A DNA stretch of 60,119 nt from an uncultured archaeon (GCA_964447495.1 CAYUTF010000011.1:1-60119), one strand, 5' to 3'; shown: positions 27,488-37,433, counted from the stretch's first letter. The notes: generated by a model from the letters alone, not told the origin. Made by a program: numbers and translations.

Positions 27488-28819
27488 TTATAATTCTGCA
27501 ATTTTTTGTTGTCGCGCTAATTTTTCTTCATCTGTAAGTTCAACTTCTCCTCGTTTAACAAAGAACATTAAAACAAACGCAATTATAAGGAATATAGCAC
27601 CATCAATAAGTAAACTTTCTTTTCCGAAAACATCTCTGAAAATTCCTAACAAAGCAGGACCAAATATTGCCGCTAATACACTAAAGAAATAGTACAAGCC
27701 TGTGTAAGTTCCTATTTTTTTAATACTAGGTGCAAGTTCCCATATTATTACAATGGAATTTACATTGACAAATGCCCATCCAATGCCAAAAAAAACGAGA
27801 ATTATGAAGGTTATTGTTTGTGTTCGAATTAAAAAGCCAAGTAATAGAGCGACAATCATAATTACTAATCCGATTTTTATACATTTTCGTCTCCCAATTT
27901 TATTGGCAAGTAAAGATAAAGGAAAAGCTGCGATAATAAATGGAATTGCTACAAAGTTAAATATAAACCCTGCTAATCCAGAGCTCAAACCTAAAACACC
28001 GTTTGGACCTGATCCAGCATAGATTGAAAATAAAGCTTCCATTCCTTGATATCCTACAAACCAAAAAAAAATCGCAAACAACATTATTAATGTACTTTTA
28101 TCTTCTTCTTTAAATATATCTTTAAAGCTTTGAACTAGAGTTAATTTTTCTTTTTCTTCTTTTACTTTTCTTCCTTCGCTTGCTTCCTCTTCTAATAACA
28201 GCTTATAACTGTACGCTTTATTCTCATTAACAGTCAAAATAAGAACTACCATTGCTATCACCATAACAATTGATGCGATTATAAAAGTATATTGTAGACC
28301 AATAGCATCAGACACTAGGCTTAGAGAAAATGCAAAAATGGCACCTATCCCTCCCATTATATTTATAATAGCATTTGCTTTACTCCTATGGACGGGTTTA
28401 ACAAAATCGGGCATTAATGCTACAGCTTGAGATCTATAAAAACCCATACTAATTCCGAAACAAAAAATCCAAACAAGTAAGATCCATAATTGGGTTTCAA
28501 ATCCAGTAGGAATTAAAGCAAAGAAGATGGCAGATAATATTACACCGATAACAATATAAGGTATTCTTCTTCCGTATTTAGTTCGAGTATTATCAGAGAG
28601 ATTTCCCATAATAGGCTGAATTATTACTCCTATTATGTTGTCAATAGCCATTATAATTCCAACAGTAAATCCTGCTAGAGCAAACCCTGCAAAGTATATA
28701 TCTAGTTGCTGATTCACTTGGGTATTATATAAACTCCAAGTAAAGGTAGTAAAAAAAGCTAACCCAATTAAAAATGTTTGACCCGCTCTAAATTTCTCAT
28801 TCGATTTTTCTTCTGTCAT
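27488..28819 (-). CDS. MFS transporter (maltose/sucrose permease-like)
   Basis: QPIMGNLSDNTRTKYGRRIPY motif and about 12 TM helices. Confidence 0.88.
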   Translation of the reverse strand: MTEEKSNEKFRAGQTFLIGLAFFTTFTWSLYNTQVNQQLDIYFAGFALAGFTVGIIMAIDNIIGVIIQPIMGNLSDNTRTKYGRRIPYIVIGVILSAIFFALIPTGFETQLWILLVWIFCFGISMGFYRSQAVALMPDFVKPVHRSKANAIINIMGGIGAIFAFSLSLVSDAIGLQYTFIIASIVMVIAMVVLILTVNENKAYSYKLLLEEEASEGRKVKEEKEKLTLVQSFKDIFKEEDKSTLIMLFAIFFWFVGYQGMEALFSIYAGSGPNGVLGLSSGLAGFIFNFVAIPFIIAAFPLSLLANKIGRRKCIKIGLVIMIVALLLGFLIRTQTITFIILVFFGIGWAFVNVNSIVIIWELAPSIKKIGTYTGLYYFFSVLAAIFGPALLGIFRDVFGKESLLIDGAIFLIIAFVLMFFVKRGEVELTDEEKLARQQKIAEL

Positions 28820-29184
28820 TATTTTCACATTTTTTTGAATTTCTTCCTTTTAGAAAATTAAATATTTTTTATTTTAAATGAATTAATGTGATTATAATTA
28901 GAGGATTTAATTTAAATATTCAACCTTCTCAAAAAAAAAAATGAAAAAAATTATAATTCAATATTAACTTGAATTTTGGTTATATCTTCTGGGATTTTTT
29001 TAAGGGTCTTAACATATGCCATCAGTAAATTAGTTAGCATATTAGACATAATTTCATTTAATGGTACATCTTTTTCATTAACCTTAAGATTAACATCTAG
29101 CATAATTTAAATATCAACAAATTTGGTTTTAAAGTTTAATATTATTTTTTAAAGAAAAAAGGAGAAATAGAAAAAAAGGATTGA

Positions 29185-29565
29185 TTATTCCTTTGATTCT
29201 AATTCGGAAATTCTTCGGGAGATATCTTCTATTGCGCTTTGCATACCCTTCATTTCAGAGTCTAAATATTCCTTTTCTTGTTTTAACATATTTAGCTGAT
29301 CTGAGGAAGTTAATGGTTGAGCAGGAGCATAAACTGGAGCTGGTGCATATGGTACATAGTATGAGTCTCTATACCCCCATCCTCTACCATAGCCTCTGCC
29401 ATAACCTCTACCAAAGCCTCTACCATAACCTCGACCGAAGCCTCCACCACGGCCCCAACCTATACCTCGTGTATATCCTGGAGCGTCATATCCTGCACAA
29501 TAGCCTAAAGCTCTCCCTGTTCTTGGACCTAGTCCACCAGGTCCTGTTCTATCCCCACCGGGCAC
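29185..29565 (-). CDS. DUF5320 family protein
   Basis: MPGGDRTGP.GLGPRTGR.LGYC, a G/R-rich repeat and a C-terminal coiled coil; typical neighbour of NifX/COG1149 clusters. Confidence 0.85.
   Translation of the reverse strand: MPGGDRTGPGGLGPRTGRALGYCAGYDAPGYTRGIGWGRGGGFGRGYGRGFGRGYGRGYGRGWGYRDSYYVPYAPAPVYAPAQPLTSSDQLNMLKQEKEYLDSEMKGMQSAIEDISRRISELESKE
29381..29440 (+). repeat. Imperfect 12-bp tandem repeat (5 units) inside the DUF5320 gene
   Basis: cctctaccatag/cctctgccataa/cctctaccaaag/cctctaccataa/cctcgaccgaag, encoding (F/Y)GRG units on the minus strand. Confidence 0.8.
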
Positions 29566-29595
29566 TTACTACATCATCTCCGTATGGATTATATT

Positions 29596-29663
29596 TTGAA
29601 TATATATTCATACAAGAGATGAATATTCAATAACCTATTTAAATATTATGAATAATTATTCAA
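29596..29663. promoter_or_regulatory. Two copies of the same palindromic operator upstream of DUF5320
   Basis: TTGAATATATATTCAT (29596-29611) and ATGAATAATTATTCAA (29648-29663). Confidence 0.5.
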
Positions 29664-29748
29664 AAGTTAATAGGCTTTCTCAAGTCTCAAAATTTGAGGT
29701 TTTTCGAATTTAAAAAGTATATATTAGAAACTAAGAATTTAGGGGTAC

Positions 29749-30495
29749 TTAGCGAGACACCGATGATGGCGGTTCAATTTCAGTTACCGTATGATTTTCA
29801 CTATTCCATGATGATATGATTCCAGACCAAATTGGTTGGATTTGATTTCTAAGTCTCAAGTATACTTGAACCCAATCATGCGGGGCAATCATGACATGTC
29901 TAGATAATTCCATTTCCCAGAATTCTGATCGAAACAAATAATGCTCTACAATCAAAATCTGGGGTCTATTGTCAAAACCCTCCCAAATTATACTTTCATT
30001 GATTCCAAATGATGATTTATTTATAGCTAAATATGAAATAAATTCATCTCTCATGCCAATTACTTCAGAAATATTTTTTGCAAACCAATGTATAACCTCA
30101 ATGATTGCTGAACCTTTTATACACGTCTTATCGTTATTTATTATTGCTTCAACCTTAACAAAATCATTCAAGTGGGTTGAATTAGGTTTAATGAAAATTT
30201 CCAGTACTTTTTTACTTGGTTCATTATTCCACACTTTAAACTCTAAATCAATAGTTTCATTAGTTTGCACAATAATAAAACAGTTATCTAGAAGGTCTGA
30301 ATCGTAAATACTTACTTTCGCTAATAACCAAGCGGTGTGGTTTGGGAACGATTTAATATAGTTTGGCGTGAAAACAATTGTAGACTTTTCTCTGCTATCA
30401 TAAAAGAAGTATAAAGCAAGAACAGTTAAAACGGAAGCTGAAATAAATAAAATTGCGAAAGAAATAATTATAAGCTTCTTAGTTCGGAGATTCAT
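29749..30495 (-). CDS. Membrane-anchored hypothetical protein
   Basis: N-terminal TM helix, beta-rich body, HVMIAPHDW motif. Confidence 0.65.
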   Translation of the reverse strand: MNLRTKKLIIISFAILFISASVLTVLALYFFYDSREKSTIVFTPNYIKSFPNHTAWLLAKVSIYDSDLLDNCFIIVQTNETIDLEFKVWNNEPSKKVLEIFIKPNSTHLNDFVKVEAIINNDKTCIKGSAIIEVIHWFAKNISEVIGMRDEFISYLAINKSSFGINESIIWEGFDNRPQILIVEHYLFRSEFWEMELSRHVMIAPHDWVQVYLRLRNQIQPIWSGIISSWNSENHTVTEIEPPSSVSR

Positions 30496-30560
30496 TGGAT
30501 TTATAGCTACTCCTTTTTACCAAATATATCCGCAATACTACCTAAAAAGTTTGTTGTGAT

Positions 30561-32960
30561 TTAGAAATTATGTTCTAATCTATCAATAATATCATTTTGT
30601 ATTGGTGTTCCAAGATCGATAAAAGTTGCATTATACCCCCCTACTTTTACAATTAAGTCAGGATAGTTTTCAGGATGGTGTTGTGCATCCCTTAAAGTTT
30701 CTGTTGAAACTACATTGGGTTGTATCTGCATACCTCCTTTTTCAAAATATCCTTTTAAAAGACTATATAGCTTTTCTACACCTTCCTCGGAGTTGAGATT
30801 CTGTGGATGCATTCTTATATTTACTGCAACCCCATTAGTTGCATAATCGTAATTAAGTTTTGCTACAGAGTTCAAAATTGCGGTTAATCCATTTTTTTCT
30901 ACTTTATTAACAGGTGATAAACTATTTGAAATAGCTTCCAGAGCTTTTCTACCATCAGCAGTAGGTCTCGTAAAAAACCCCTCCATCACATGAATTCCCA
31001 TAGAATACGCACCAGCATTATATCTCCCGCCTCTGAGGGGGTTATATTTTGCAATTTCTTGTGAAAATAAATCCCATAATTTTAACGCAAGGTTATCGAT
31101 TTCTTCCTTATCATTTCCCCATTTTTGGTATTTATTAATTAGCTTTTGTCTGAATACTTCTTGATCTTCGAAATTTGAATTTAAAATGTTGATTAGCTGG
31201 TGTAATGTCAGCAATTTCTCTTCATAGACAACTTTTTTTATATTATATAATGAATCCACTAAGGTTGCGAAACCATACGCAGTAATAGAGGAGAAATTAT
31301 ACTTTGCTCCTCCACATACGTAATCTTTCCCATTTTCCATGCATCCTTCTAAAGTTGCTGAAATATACGGATGCTGAAAGAATTTCATAGCTTCAATATC
31401 TCCAACTTTAGCGATTTCTGTGGAGATTCTTATATTAAATTTAAGCTGGCGAACAACTGCTTCATACAGATCATCAAATGTTTTAAATTCTGATGGATCA
31501 CCTGTTTGTAATCCATCAATCTTTTTAGTGAGATTACTATAACCATTATTGAGGGTTAACTCCAGCACACCCGGTAAATTCATAAACATTCTTCCTGTGG
31601 CAGGAAAGTTGTTTCCTTGTCCCGAAGGTTCTACACATCCTATTAAAGCATAATTTCTCGCATCTTCTAAAGAATATCCCGCTTTTTGAAGTGCGGGAAT
31701 GATTATATCATCATTATAAAAGGCAATTCCCGATGTCTTTCTGAACACCATAAGAGCTTTCTTAAAGAAATTCTCAGGTGTGGTCTTATGAATTCTTAAT
31801 GATAAATCTGTAGAAAAAACTTTAATATTTTCATATGCCTCAAGGAAAAGGTAGGAAAGTTCATTAACTGTATCATCTCCATTCTTATCCATTCCTCCTA
31901 TAGTAATAGTTTGTGTATTTTGACCAAGGGCATTTGCCACCATAGTAAAATCTGTGGGTAATAATGTCACATTCCACGTCAGTTTTAAATTTAGTTCTTC
32001 AATCAATTCTAAAGCAAAATCTCTGGATATACGCCCATCTTCGATGTCTTTTATGTAATAAGACCATAATATTTGATCTAATCGTCCTAAGGCAAGAACA
32101 CTTCGCTGATAAATGATGTTTGCTATGTTTTGAGAAAACCAGATAAATTGTATTGCTTCATAAAACGTATTTGGAGGTTCCCTTGTGAATTTTTCCATCA
32201 TATGACCGATAACTTCTAATTCTCTTTTTCGAAGTCCATTTTCGTGCTTCTCTGCCATATTGAAAGCAAGATCAGAATATCTCTGAGAGAAATCTATAGC
32301 TGCTTGATAATAAATTTTAACTGCATCATAAAAATTATCTTTTTCTTGGAATTTAATGTCTTTTCTATCTAAACGAGTTTGGTATTTCATTGCTTCTTCG
32401 ATTATCCCCTTATATCCCAATTTTAACAGTTTTTCATAACCTGCGCATAAATGTCCTTCAGTAGTTCCGATATGAATTGCTATATTTGGTGCTAACGCAT
32501 CAATTAACCCTTCTCCTGAAATATAACCCTCTTCTAATAATCTTTTCATAATTCTACTCCCTATCAGTGATTTATCTTTCCAATAGGGGAGAATCTCCAT
32601 TAAATCTTCTATCTCTTTTTCTTCAATGAAGAAAGGTTGTAGTGGTCTTCTTTTTAATTTTTTGTAAGTAATTCGTTTCTCTAAGCTGTTATCATACCTC
32701 TGAATATCCAGATTAATTTTTTCACCGAGGTTTTTACTTGTTTCATTGCCTACTAATAACTCATCTTCTCGGATGAAAATAGTCATATTTTTTAACGTAT
32801 GAGCTATAGCTTTTGCCCTTTTGATGATCTCAGTATCATCAGGATATTGTTTATAAATCTCAGTAAAATATTTCATCCGTTCAATGCATAATTCATATTT
32901 GCTAGATAAAAGATTGTTTTTTAATCTAATTATTCGGTCGGAATCACATTTCATTATCAA
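30561..32960 (-). CDS. Glycyl radical enzyme (PFL superfamily, eliminase/dehydratase type)
   Basis: IREDELLVG, GRLDQ, Cys loop GCVEP, TADGR and Gly loop LIVKVGGYN; 799 aa. Confidence 0.9.
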   Translation of the reverse strand: MIMKCDSDRIIRLKNNLLSSKYELCIERMKYFTEIYKQYPDDTEIIKRAKAIAHTLKNMTIFIREDELLVGNETSKNLGEKINLDIQRYDNSLEKRITYKKLKRRPLQPFFIEEKEIEDLMEILPYWKDKSLIGSRIMKRLLEEGYISGEGLIDALAPNIAIHIGTTEGHLCAGYEKLLKLGYKGIIEEAMKYQTRLDRKDIKFQEKDNFYDAVKIYYQAAIDFSQRYSDLAFNMAEKHENGLRKRELEVIGHMMEKFTREPPNTFYEAIQFIWFSQNIANIIYQRSVLALGRLDQILWSYYIKDIEDGRISRDFALELIEELNLKLTWNVTLLPTDFTMVANALGQNTQTITIGGMDKNGDDTVNELSYLFLEAYENIKVFSTDLSLRIHKTTPENFFKKALMVFRKTSGIAFYNDDIIIPALQKAGYSLEDARNYALIGCVEPSGQGNNFPATGRMFMNLPGVLELTLNNGYSNLTKKIDGLQTGDPSEFKTFDDLYEAVVRQLKFNIRISTEIAKVGDIEAMKFFQHPYISATLEGCMENGKDYVCGGAKYNFSSITAYGFATLVDSLYNIKKVVYEEKLLTLHQLINILNSNFEDQEVFRQKLINKYQKWGNDKEEIDNLALKLWDLFSQEIAKYNPLRGGRYNAGAYSMGIHVMEGFFTRPTADGRKALEAISNSLSPVNKVEKNGLTAILNSVAKLNYDYATNGVAVNIRMHPQNLNSEEGVEKLYSLLKGYFEKGGMQIQPNVVSTETLRDAQHHPENYPDLIVKVGGYNATFIDLGTPIQNDIIDRLEHNF

Positions 32961-33025
32961 AGTTTTTACTCCTCACCATATATTAAGGTAATTAAATAAT
33001 AAATAATTGTATTTAATACTTCCTT

Positions 33026-33542
33026 TTACCAATTTCGTCTTAATTGGGTCCTCATTATCTTTTGAACAGCTTTAATGGCCCAAATCACATATTTATAACA
33101 TGTTGTTGACCAGCATTCATCATTTTGATATTCCATAAACCCATTAGGTTCGCTGAAATCATATCCACATAATTGAGCGCAAATTACTGATCCAAATTCT
33201 TTTTCAAATTCAGATGCAAATTTAGCCGCTTTTAAATATGCAATAGGTATTTTTTTATTGCTCATTCGTTTTTTTCCGCCTAAAATGACACCAATTGCCG
33301 CACAACCCCCATAAACAGCTCCACACGCTCCTTGCCATCCTTTTCCTGATTTATAACCACCAAATCCCCCTGCTAAAGGAATAATAGCATTATTTAATAA
33401 ACCATTTTTAATCCCCCAGGATATCTATAATATTAATGAGGGTTAATTCCGCACAATTGACACCCTTTCGTAATTCCGGTAAGCTTTTTTCTAATGTTTC
33501 AATCTTTTCTAAAAATAAGGTATTAATCTTTTTTTCTCTCAT
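33026..33542 (-). pseudogene. C_GCAxxG_C_C family redox protein with +1 frameshift
   Basis: ATG 33542 gives MREKK...GVNCAE...DILG then a stop. Removing one G from the G5 run (plus-strand C5, 33413-33417) joins it to LAGGFGG...ACGAVYG...FGSVIC...C. Confidence 0.8.
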
Positions 33543-33560
33543 TTTAATACCCGTTAGTGA

Positions 33561-34070
33561 TTACTTAGGAATAAATCCATTGTCTAAGATAATCCTTGTA
33601 GCCATCTGTGCTACCTTTCCTACAATATCAGAGCAATAGTGTATCATATCTGAGTTAAACGCTTCCTCTTTTTCATCTTCATTCCATAAATTATACGTTC
33701 GACCTATAAGAGAGTTTTGCACATCAAAACAGCGACAAGAACCATATTTTTCGATATATTCATCATGAAGCTGTTTCACTAAACCATAAGATTTCAGTGG
33801 TTTATACATATCTGAAAAGTCTTCTTTTCCTCGGCCAAAAAGAAAACTAATTACCATTGATGCTCCAACAAGAGCTCCACAAGAACCATCTCCTGTGAGG
33901 CCTAAACCATCTGCTAGTCCACTCGCTGCTTTGAATACATCCTCATTCCATATATTTAATGCTTCAAAGATTGCAGCAACTGTAGTTTGAGCACATCCGG
34001 TACACGTTTTCTCATATTTATTTCCAAGCTCATAGGCTATGGATAAAATTTTATCCCTATTAATTTCCAT
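33561..34070 (-). CDS. C_GCAxxG_C_C family putative redox-active protein
   Basis: GCAQ, GSCGALVG, YGSCRC and late C motifs; ATG 34070 preferred over GTG 34079. Confidence 0.85.
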   Translation of the reverse strand: MEINRDKILSIAYELGNKYEKTCTGCAQTTVAAIFEALNIWNEDVFKAASGLADGLGLTGDGSCGALVGASMVISFLFGRGKEDFSDMYKPLKSYGLVKQLHDEYIEKYGSCRCFDVQNSLIGRTYNLWNEDEKEEAFNSDMIHYCSDIVGKVAQMATRIILDNGFIPK

Positions 34071-34213
34071 AATTCTCACTTAACTAGTTTGTATTTCATT
34101 TAACCTTTGATCCTTTTATAATTTTAGAGTTATATTATTAACGTTGGGTGTTAAAAAAACAATAAATTTACGTTAATATTAAATCTAATATAAATTAAAA
34201 AAAGAGATTTCTT

Positions 34214-35068
34214 ATGAATTTTGAAACTATAAAATTTGAACTTCGAGAAGATGGCATTGGAATTTTATCTCTAAATCGTCCTGAAAAGTTAAATGCGATG
34301 TCTTTTCAAATGATTGAGGATTTACATGCACTCCTTGATCATTTAATGATTAATATTGATTGCCGTGTCCTTTTATTTCAAGCAGAAGGCCGAGTTTTTT
34401 CAGCGGGTCTAGATTTGAAAGAATCGATGGTACTCCAGTCAAAAAAGAAACCTCAAGAGCTCAAAGAGAAATATTATTATATCAATACGCCAGAAAAAGA
34501 TATTATAAAAGCAAAATTATACGCACAATGGCGTACAAGTCAGCTTATAGTAAAAATGCGAAAAATTAGTCAACCAATTATAGCACTTATCAATGGTGCG
34601 GCATCTGGAGCAGGATTTACATTTGTATTAGCTTCTGATATTAGAATTGCTACTAAGAAGGCAAGATTCAATAATGCATTTATAAATATTGGATTTTCGG
34701 GATCAGATTTGGCTTCTAGCTATCATCTACCAAGACTTATTGGAATGTCAAGAGCAGCGGAAATTTTGTATACTGGACGTTTTGTAAATGCTGAAGAAGC
34801 GCAGGAGATAGGATTGGTTCTTAAAGTGGTTGAAGAAGATGAATTATTTGAAGCAGGAATTAGTTTAGCAGAAGAATTATTGAAAAAGAGTCCTCTGGGG
34901 TTAAGAATGACTAAACAAGCGGTAAATTTTTCTTTAGATTCTCCAAGTTTAGAAACGATCATGGAATTGGAGAATCGCGCGCAGATGTTATGCTCGACTT
35001 CTAATGATCTTACAGAAGGTGCACAAGCATTCTTTGAAAAGAGAGATCCGAAATATCCATTAAAATAA
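34214..35068 (+). CDS. Enoyl-CoA hydratase/isomerase (crotonase) family protein
   Basis: LNRPEKLNA, FSAGLDL, QPIIALINGAASGAG and DIRIA motifs. Confidence 0.92.
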   Translation: MNFETIKFELREDGIGILSLNRPEKLNAMSFQMIEDLHALLDHLMINIDCRVLLFQAEGRVFSAGLDLKESMVLQSKKKPQELKEKYYYINTPEKDIIKAKLYAQWRTSQLIVKMRKISQPIIALINGAASGAGFTFVLASDIRIATKKARFNNAFINIGFSGSDLASSYHLPRLIGMSRAAEILYTGRFVNAEEAQEIGLVLKVVEEDELFEAGISLAEELLKKSPLGLRMTKQAVNFSLDSPSLETIMELENRAQMLCSTSNDLTEGAQAFFEKRDPKYPLK

Positions 35069-35095
35069 ACTATATAAAAACTGGCATAAAAGTTC

Positions 35096-35932
35096 ATGGA
35101 AAAAGAATACATTCCACATAAAGTACTTCAAAAGGTAATTTCTCAAAAAGTTAAAAGAAAAGAAATAAGTGATCAATTAATTTCAATTTTAGAGAACTGT
35201 GATGATAGTAGATTGCGGATACTTATCTTAAACAAATTAATTTCAATTGTTCCGCCAAATGATATGCATTTTGATTTCTATGAAAATTATTTAGTATCGG
35301 ATGTAAACGATGAGATTCGAGCCGTATCGGCAAAAATAATATTTCTCTATTACATTGAAAAAGGATTGAATGTATTGAAATGGACAATTCTCAATGATAA
35401 ATCTTCATTAGTTATCAATACTCTACGAAATTTGATACAAGAAGTCAGAAATTCATTCTCAATGCAACTAGAACCTTTATTAAGACAAAGAATTAAAGGA
35501 ATATCGCAAAAATATGAACTTTCTTGCGAGGAAATACCCTTTCTATTAGATATAGGGGTTAATAATATGGGAAGTAATTATTATATTGGAAATCAAGATT
35601 TTCATTTTATTTATGAAGCGGATATTCTTTGTATCATAAAAAAAAATCACATTACAGATTTGGGATTATCATTCTTTAAGGAAATTCCTGAGTCAATTGG
35701 ATTGTTATCAGAGTTAGAATGCATGAATTTAAGTTATGGATATCTCTCAGGACTTCCTATTTCGATTAAAAATTTGACACAGCTTAAATTTATTGACTTA
35801 AGCTGGAATGAATTTGAAGTAATCCCGAAAGTATTAAAAGAATTAAAAAATGTGAATAACATCAATCTATCAAATAATAAGATTGAAAAAATGCCTAATT
35901 GGGCATTATCACTCAAAAATATTATTCTTTAA
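35096..35932 (+). CDS. HEAT-like plus leucine-rich-repeat protein
   Basis: D.NDEIR helical repeat, then IPESIGLLSELECMNLSYG / LPISIKNLTQLKFIDLSWN LRRs. Confidence 0.8.
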   Translation: MEKEYIPHKVLQKVISQKVKRKEISDQLISILENCDDSRLRILILNKLISIVPPNDMHFDFYENYLVSDVNDEIRAVSAKIIFLYYIEKGLNVLKWTILNDKSSLVINTLRNLIQEVRNSFSMQLEPLLRQRIKGISQKYELSCEEIPFLLDIGVNNMGSNYYIGNQDFHFIYEADILCIIKKNHITDLGLSFFKEIPESIGLLSELECMNLSYGYLSGLPISIKNLTQLKFIDLSWNEFEVIPKVLKELKNVNNINLSNNKIEKMPNWALSLKNIIL

Positions 35933-35963
35933 AGTTATTTTACTAAATTGAAAATAAAAATTA

Positions 35964-36821
35964 ATGATTAAAATGACGGAATTTAAAACAATAAAATTTG
36001 AATTACGAGAAGATGGAATAGGAATTCTCTCTCTTAATCGACCTGAAAAACTAAATGCGATTTCTTTTGAAATGGAGGAAGAATTGCATGAATTATTAGA
36101 TCATTTAATGGTAAATTTAGATTGCCGGGTTCTTATTCTGAGGGCAGAAGGTAGGGTGTTTTGCGCGGGAACGGACTTACAGGAAGGATTAATCTTGAAT
36201 TCGAAAAAAATACCTCCGGGATATGAAAAATTCTACTTTTTAGACGTCCCAGAACCGTTAAAAAAAAAGTTATATCATCAATGGAGAATAAGTCATATTT
36301 TTATTAAAATGCGGAAAATTTCTCAACCAATTATAGCTGCAATACATGGAGCGGCAGCAGGAGGAGGATTTGGTTTTGCTATGGCCTCTGATATGCGATT
36401 AGGAAGTGATGATGTGAAGTTTATGAATGCCTCAATTAATATTGGGCTTACTGGAGCAGATGTAGGCGGAAGTTATTTTTTACCTCGATTAATAGGGATG
36501 GCAAAAGCATCAGATATACTTTATTCTGGAAGATCACTTGAAGCAGAAGAGGCTAGAGAATGTGGATTAATTATTAAGATTTCTAAAAAGGAAGACTTAC
36601 TGATTGATGCGCTAGAATTGGCACAAGAATTATTAAAAAAGAGTCCATTAGGATTACGGATGACAAAACAAGCTATTAATTTATCTCTTGATTCTCCAAG
36701 TTTAGAAAATATAATACAATTTGAAAATAGTTCCATTGTCCTAACATTTTCTTCTAAAGATATGAATGAAGCATCCAGTGCATTTTTTGAAAAAAGAGCC
36801 CCTAAGTTTCCATTAAAATAA
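35964..36821 (+). CDS. Enoyl-CoA hydratase/isomerase family protein (paralog of 34214-35068)
   Basis: Same motifs; long identical stretches such as TIKFELREDGIGILSLNRPEKLNA and ELLKKSPLGLRMTKQA. Confidence 0.92.
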   Translation: MIKMTEFKTIKFELREDGIGILSLNRPEKLNAISFEMEEELHELLDHLMVNLDCRVLILRAEGRVFCAGTDLQEGLILNSKKIPPGYEKFYFLDVPEPLKKKLYHQWRISHIFIKMRKISQPIIAAIHGAAAGGGFGFAMASDMRLGSDDVKFMNASINIGLTGADVGGSYFLPRLIGMAKASDILYSGRSLEAEEARECGLIIKISKKEDLLIDALELAQELLKKSPLGLRMTKQAINLSLDSPSLENIIQFENSSIVLTFSSKDMNEASSAFFEKRAPKFPLK

Positions 36822-36875
36822 CATCAAGATAATGTTAGAAAGGAAAAAAAAATATAAATTATTTTTTGAATCTTT

Positions 36876-37382
36876 TTATTTAATTTGGACTTTTGGAGAA
36901 ATTTTTGAAGCCCCACCAAAATTGGTGATAACAGGGCAGTGGTGAAATACTTTGTCCATTAGCTCATTTATTTTCTCTTCTGAAGCTTTAGCTTTAATTC
37001 TTATTACTGGTTCTAATTTATCATATCCCGCGAGTTTATTATCATCTATTCCGAAAAGAGCTCCTAAATTAATATGACCCCGAGAAAAGACTTTCATCTC
37101 TTCAATCTCAATATTCATGATCTTAGCCCAAAATTTCGTTACAGCAATTATGCAAGCTCCAATTGAAGACAAGATTACTAATAAAGGAGAGGGTCCCTTA
37201 TTTGATCCATCTAATCCTCCAGGTGCATCAATTAGTAATTCAAAAGGATCTCCACCAGGATTTCCCATTATACATTTTACTTGCATCCCTTCGGAGAGCA
37301 TTTCGCATTCAATATTGAAGTTCTTTTCGCCTGCATCCCAATTAGCTTTTATAGCTTCATACGTTTCTTTAAAACTTGGCAT
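36876..37382 (-). CDS. OsmC/Ohr family protein
   Basis: D.P..LDGSNKGPSP, GAC and HCPV two-cysteine pattern. Confidence 0.85.
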   Translation of the reverse strand: MPSFKETYEAIKANWDAGEKNFNIECEMLSEGMQVKCIMGNPGGDPFELLIDAPGGLDGSNKGPSPLLVILSSIGACIIAVTKFWAKIMNIEIEEMKVFSRGHINLGALFGIDDNKLAGYDKLEPVIRIKAKASEEKINELMDKVFHHCPVITNFGGASKISPKVQIK

Positions 37383-37411
37383 TTTTATCACATTGATTTT
37401 AATAGTCTTAA

Positions 37412-37433
37412 GTTATGAATAATTATTCATAAC
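37412..37433. promoter_or_regulatory. Perfect 22-bp palindrome upstream of the OsmC gene
   Basis: GTTATGAATAATTATTCATAAC lies between a TATA-like element (about 37441) and the start codon. Confidence 0.6.

Noticed and set aside
29381-29440. Possible CRISPR-like repeat
   Set aside because: Contiguous 12-bp units with no spacers, inside a coding region; no cas genes in the window.
29181-29633. 150-aa plus-strand ORF with His/Leu repeats
   Set aside because: Antisense reading of the DUF5320 GRG(F/Y) repeat.
30561-32960. Pyruvate formate-lyase (pflB) call
   Set aside because: Lacks the adjacent Cys-Cys pair; GCVEP indicates another GRE class.
34134-34180. Imperfect inverted repeat ATTATTAACGT...ACGTTAATATT in a divergent promoter
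   Set aside because: Single occurrence in very AT-rich DNA; could be chance.
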